Shown in pieces: positions 31,534 to 32,000 of a stretch of 32,000 bases of DNA (the stretch's first letter is position 1; each line of letters begins with the position of its first letter). The position numbers and the translations under genes are program-made. This stretch comes from Candidatus Saccharimonadota bacterium. GTDB lineage: Bacteria; Patescibacteriota; Gracilibacteria; UBA1369; 2-02-FULL-48-14. The notes under the pieces are model-generated. The model was given only the letters and a program-made list of their open reading frames with translations, was not told the origin of the DNA and ran no database searches. The DNA lies in contig OZ246396.1 in assembly GCA_965230905.1 (NCBI GenBank), positions 150,001 to 182,000 on the forward strand, read 5' to 3'.

Positions 31534-31561
31534 TTGACAAGGTGGTGTTTTTAAATAGAAT
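31534..31561 (+). promoter_or_regulatory. near-consensus promoter immediately after the rplL terminator
   Basis: TTGACA (31534-31539), 16-nt spacer, TAGAAT (31556-31561). An ATG lies 5 nt downstream (31567). A hairpin gtggt/accac and the tract ggggggcttttt follow at 31582-31620. Confidence 0.45.
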
Positions 31562-31622
31562 TGGGGATGAAAGAGCTTTGCGGCCGTGGTTTATATACCA
31601 CACCTGGCGGGGGGCTTTTTCT

Positions 31623-32000
31623 TCATTGTTCAGGAAAGAATGAAATTAAATATTTTTTCCCGGAGATTTTATCTTCTTTTATTTGAACATAGAAAAGTTC
31701 TTTATGAGGGGTAATACCGGCAAAACGATGTAACCATTCTGATCTTTTATTTGGATTTTCCACCGATCTAGGTAAGCATCTACTTTTCTCTATAAGCTCA
31801 ATAGCTGTTTCAAAAAATTGAAGTCTCCTTGTGCGATCTTTCCAATCTTTTTTCTCATAAAGATGATGCAAGAAAATAGTTAAGAAAACTTTCTCTTTAT
31901 TGAAATAAGCTGATCTAACATAAGGTGTTCTTTTGCTTTTTCTTTGGATTTTTTTAAAAAGCTGTAAGGCGGTATGTCTTACTTCGGAGAAATTAGTACC
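31623..32000 (-). CDS. hypothetical protein, 5' end beyond the window
   Basis: The track starts it at TTG 31871, but my hand translation shows the frame stays open to nt 32000: ...GTNFSEVRHTALQLFKKIQRKSKRTPYVRSAYFNKEKVFLTIFLHHLYEKK.... The C-terminus reads ...RFAGITPHKELFYVQIKEDKISGKKYLISFFPEQ. It is AT-rich, and I cannot name a family. Confidence 0.55.
   Translation of the reverse strand, partial: GTNFSEVRHTALQLFKKIQRKSKRTPYVRSAYFNKEKVFLTIFLHHLYEKKDWKDRTRRLQFFETAIELIEKSRCLPRSVENPNKRSEWLHRFAGITPHKELFYVQIKEDKISGKKYLISFFPEQ

Noticed and set aside
1-32000. Search for CRISPR arrays, IS elements, integrases, prophage genes and rRNA
   Set aside because: I saw no regularly spaced direct repeats, no transposase- or integrase-like ORFs and no rRNA-like sequence. 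The AT-rich blocks therefore cannot be called mobile elements on present evidence.

Overview
This 32-kb window looks like it comes from a compact, small-genome, uncultivated-type bacterium. That origin is an inference from gene content and tight spacing; I could not run any database search. The backbone is housekeeping genes that I recognise from sequence motifs: a CapA-like metallophosphatase, rlmH, a RumA/RlmD-type rRNA methyltransferase, the CCA-adding enzyme, tsaD, hisS, a 3xSLH envelope protein, a short malic enzyme, yebC, an nrnA-like DHH phosphoesterase, recJ, mazG, miaA, a CADD/PqqC-like oxygenase, and rplJ-rplL with a structured leader. Between these lie segments that look AT-richer by eye and encode proteins I cannot assign. 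One is a 1341-aa orphan protein with its own near-consensus promoter (3475-7500). The other is a divergently transcribed pair of 863-aa and 890-aa proteins (15689-21091); the 863-aa protein ends in a LAS/M15-type zinc-peptidase signature. Other notable items:
- An AbrB-PIN toxin-antitoxin operon with a palindromic operator, ending 3 nt upstream of cca.
- A non-canonical 74-nt tRNA-like gene with alanine identity elements (G3:U70, A73) but an apparent UGU anticodon.
- A 55-nt double-hairpin repeat present twice, with a compensatory base-pair change between the copies.
- Many -10 boxes lying 5-8 nt from an ATG, which suggests leaderless mRNAs.
- Two intergenic regions (23383-23660 and 29527-29840) with promoter, terminator or hairpin signals but no convincing ORF.
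I saw no rRNA gene, CRISPR array, transposase or integrase. All functional calls rest on motif recognition from memory plus the ORF track. No alignment scores or composition values were computed.
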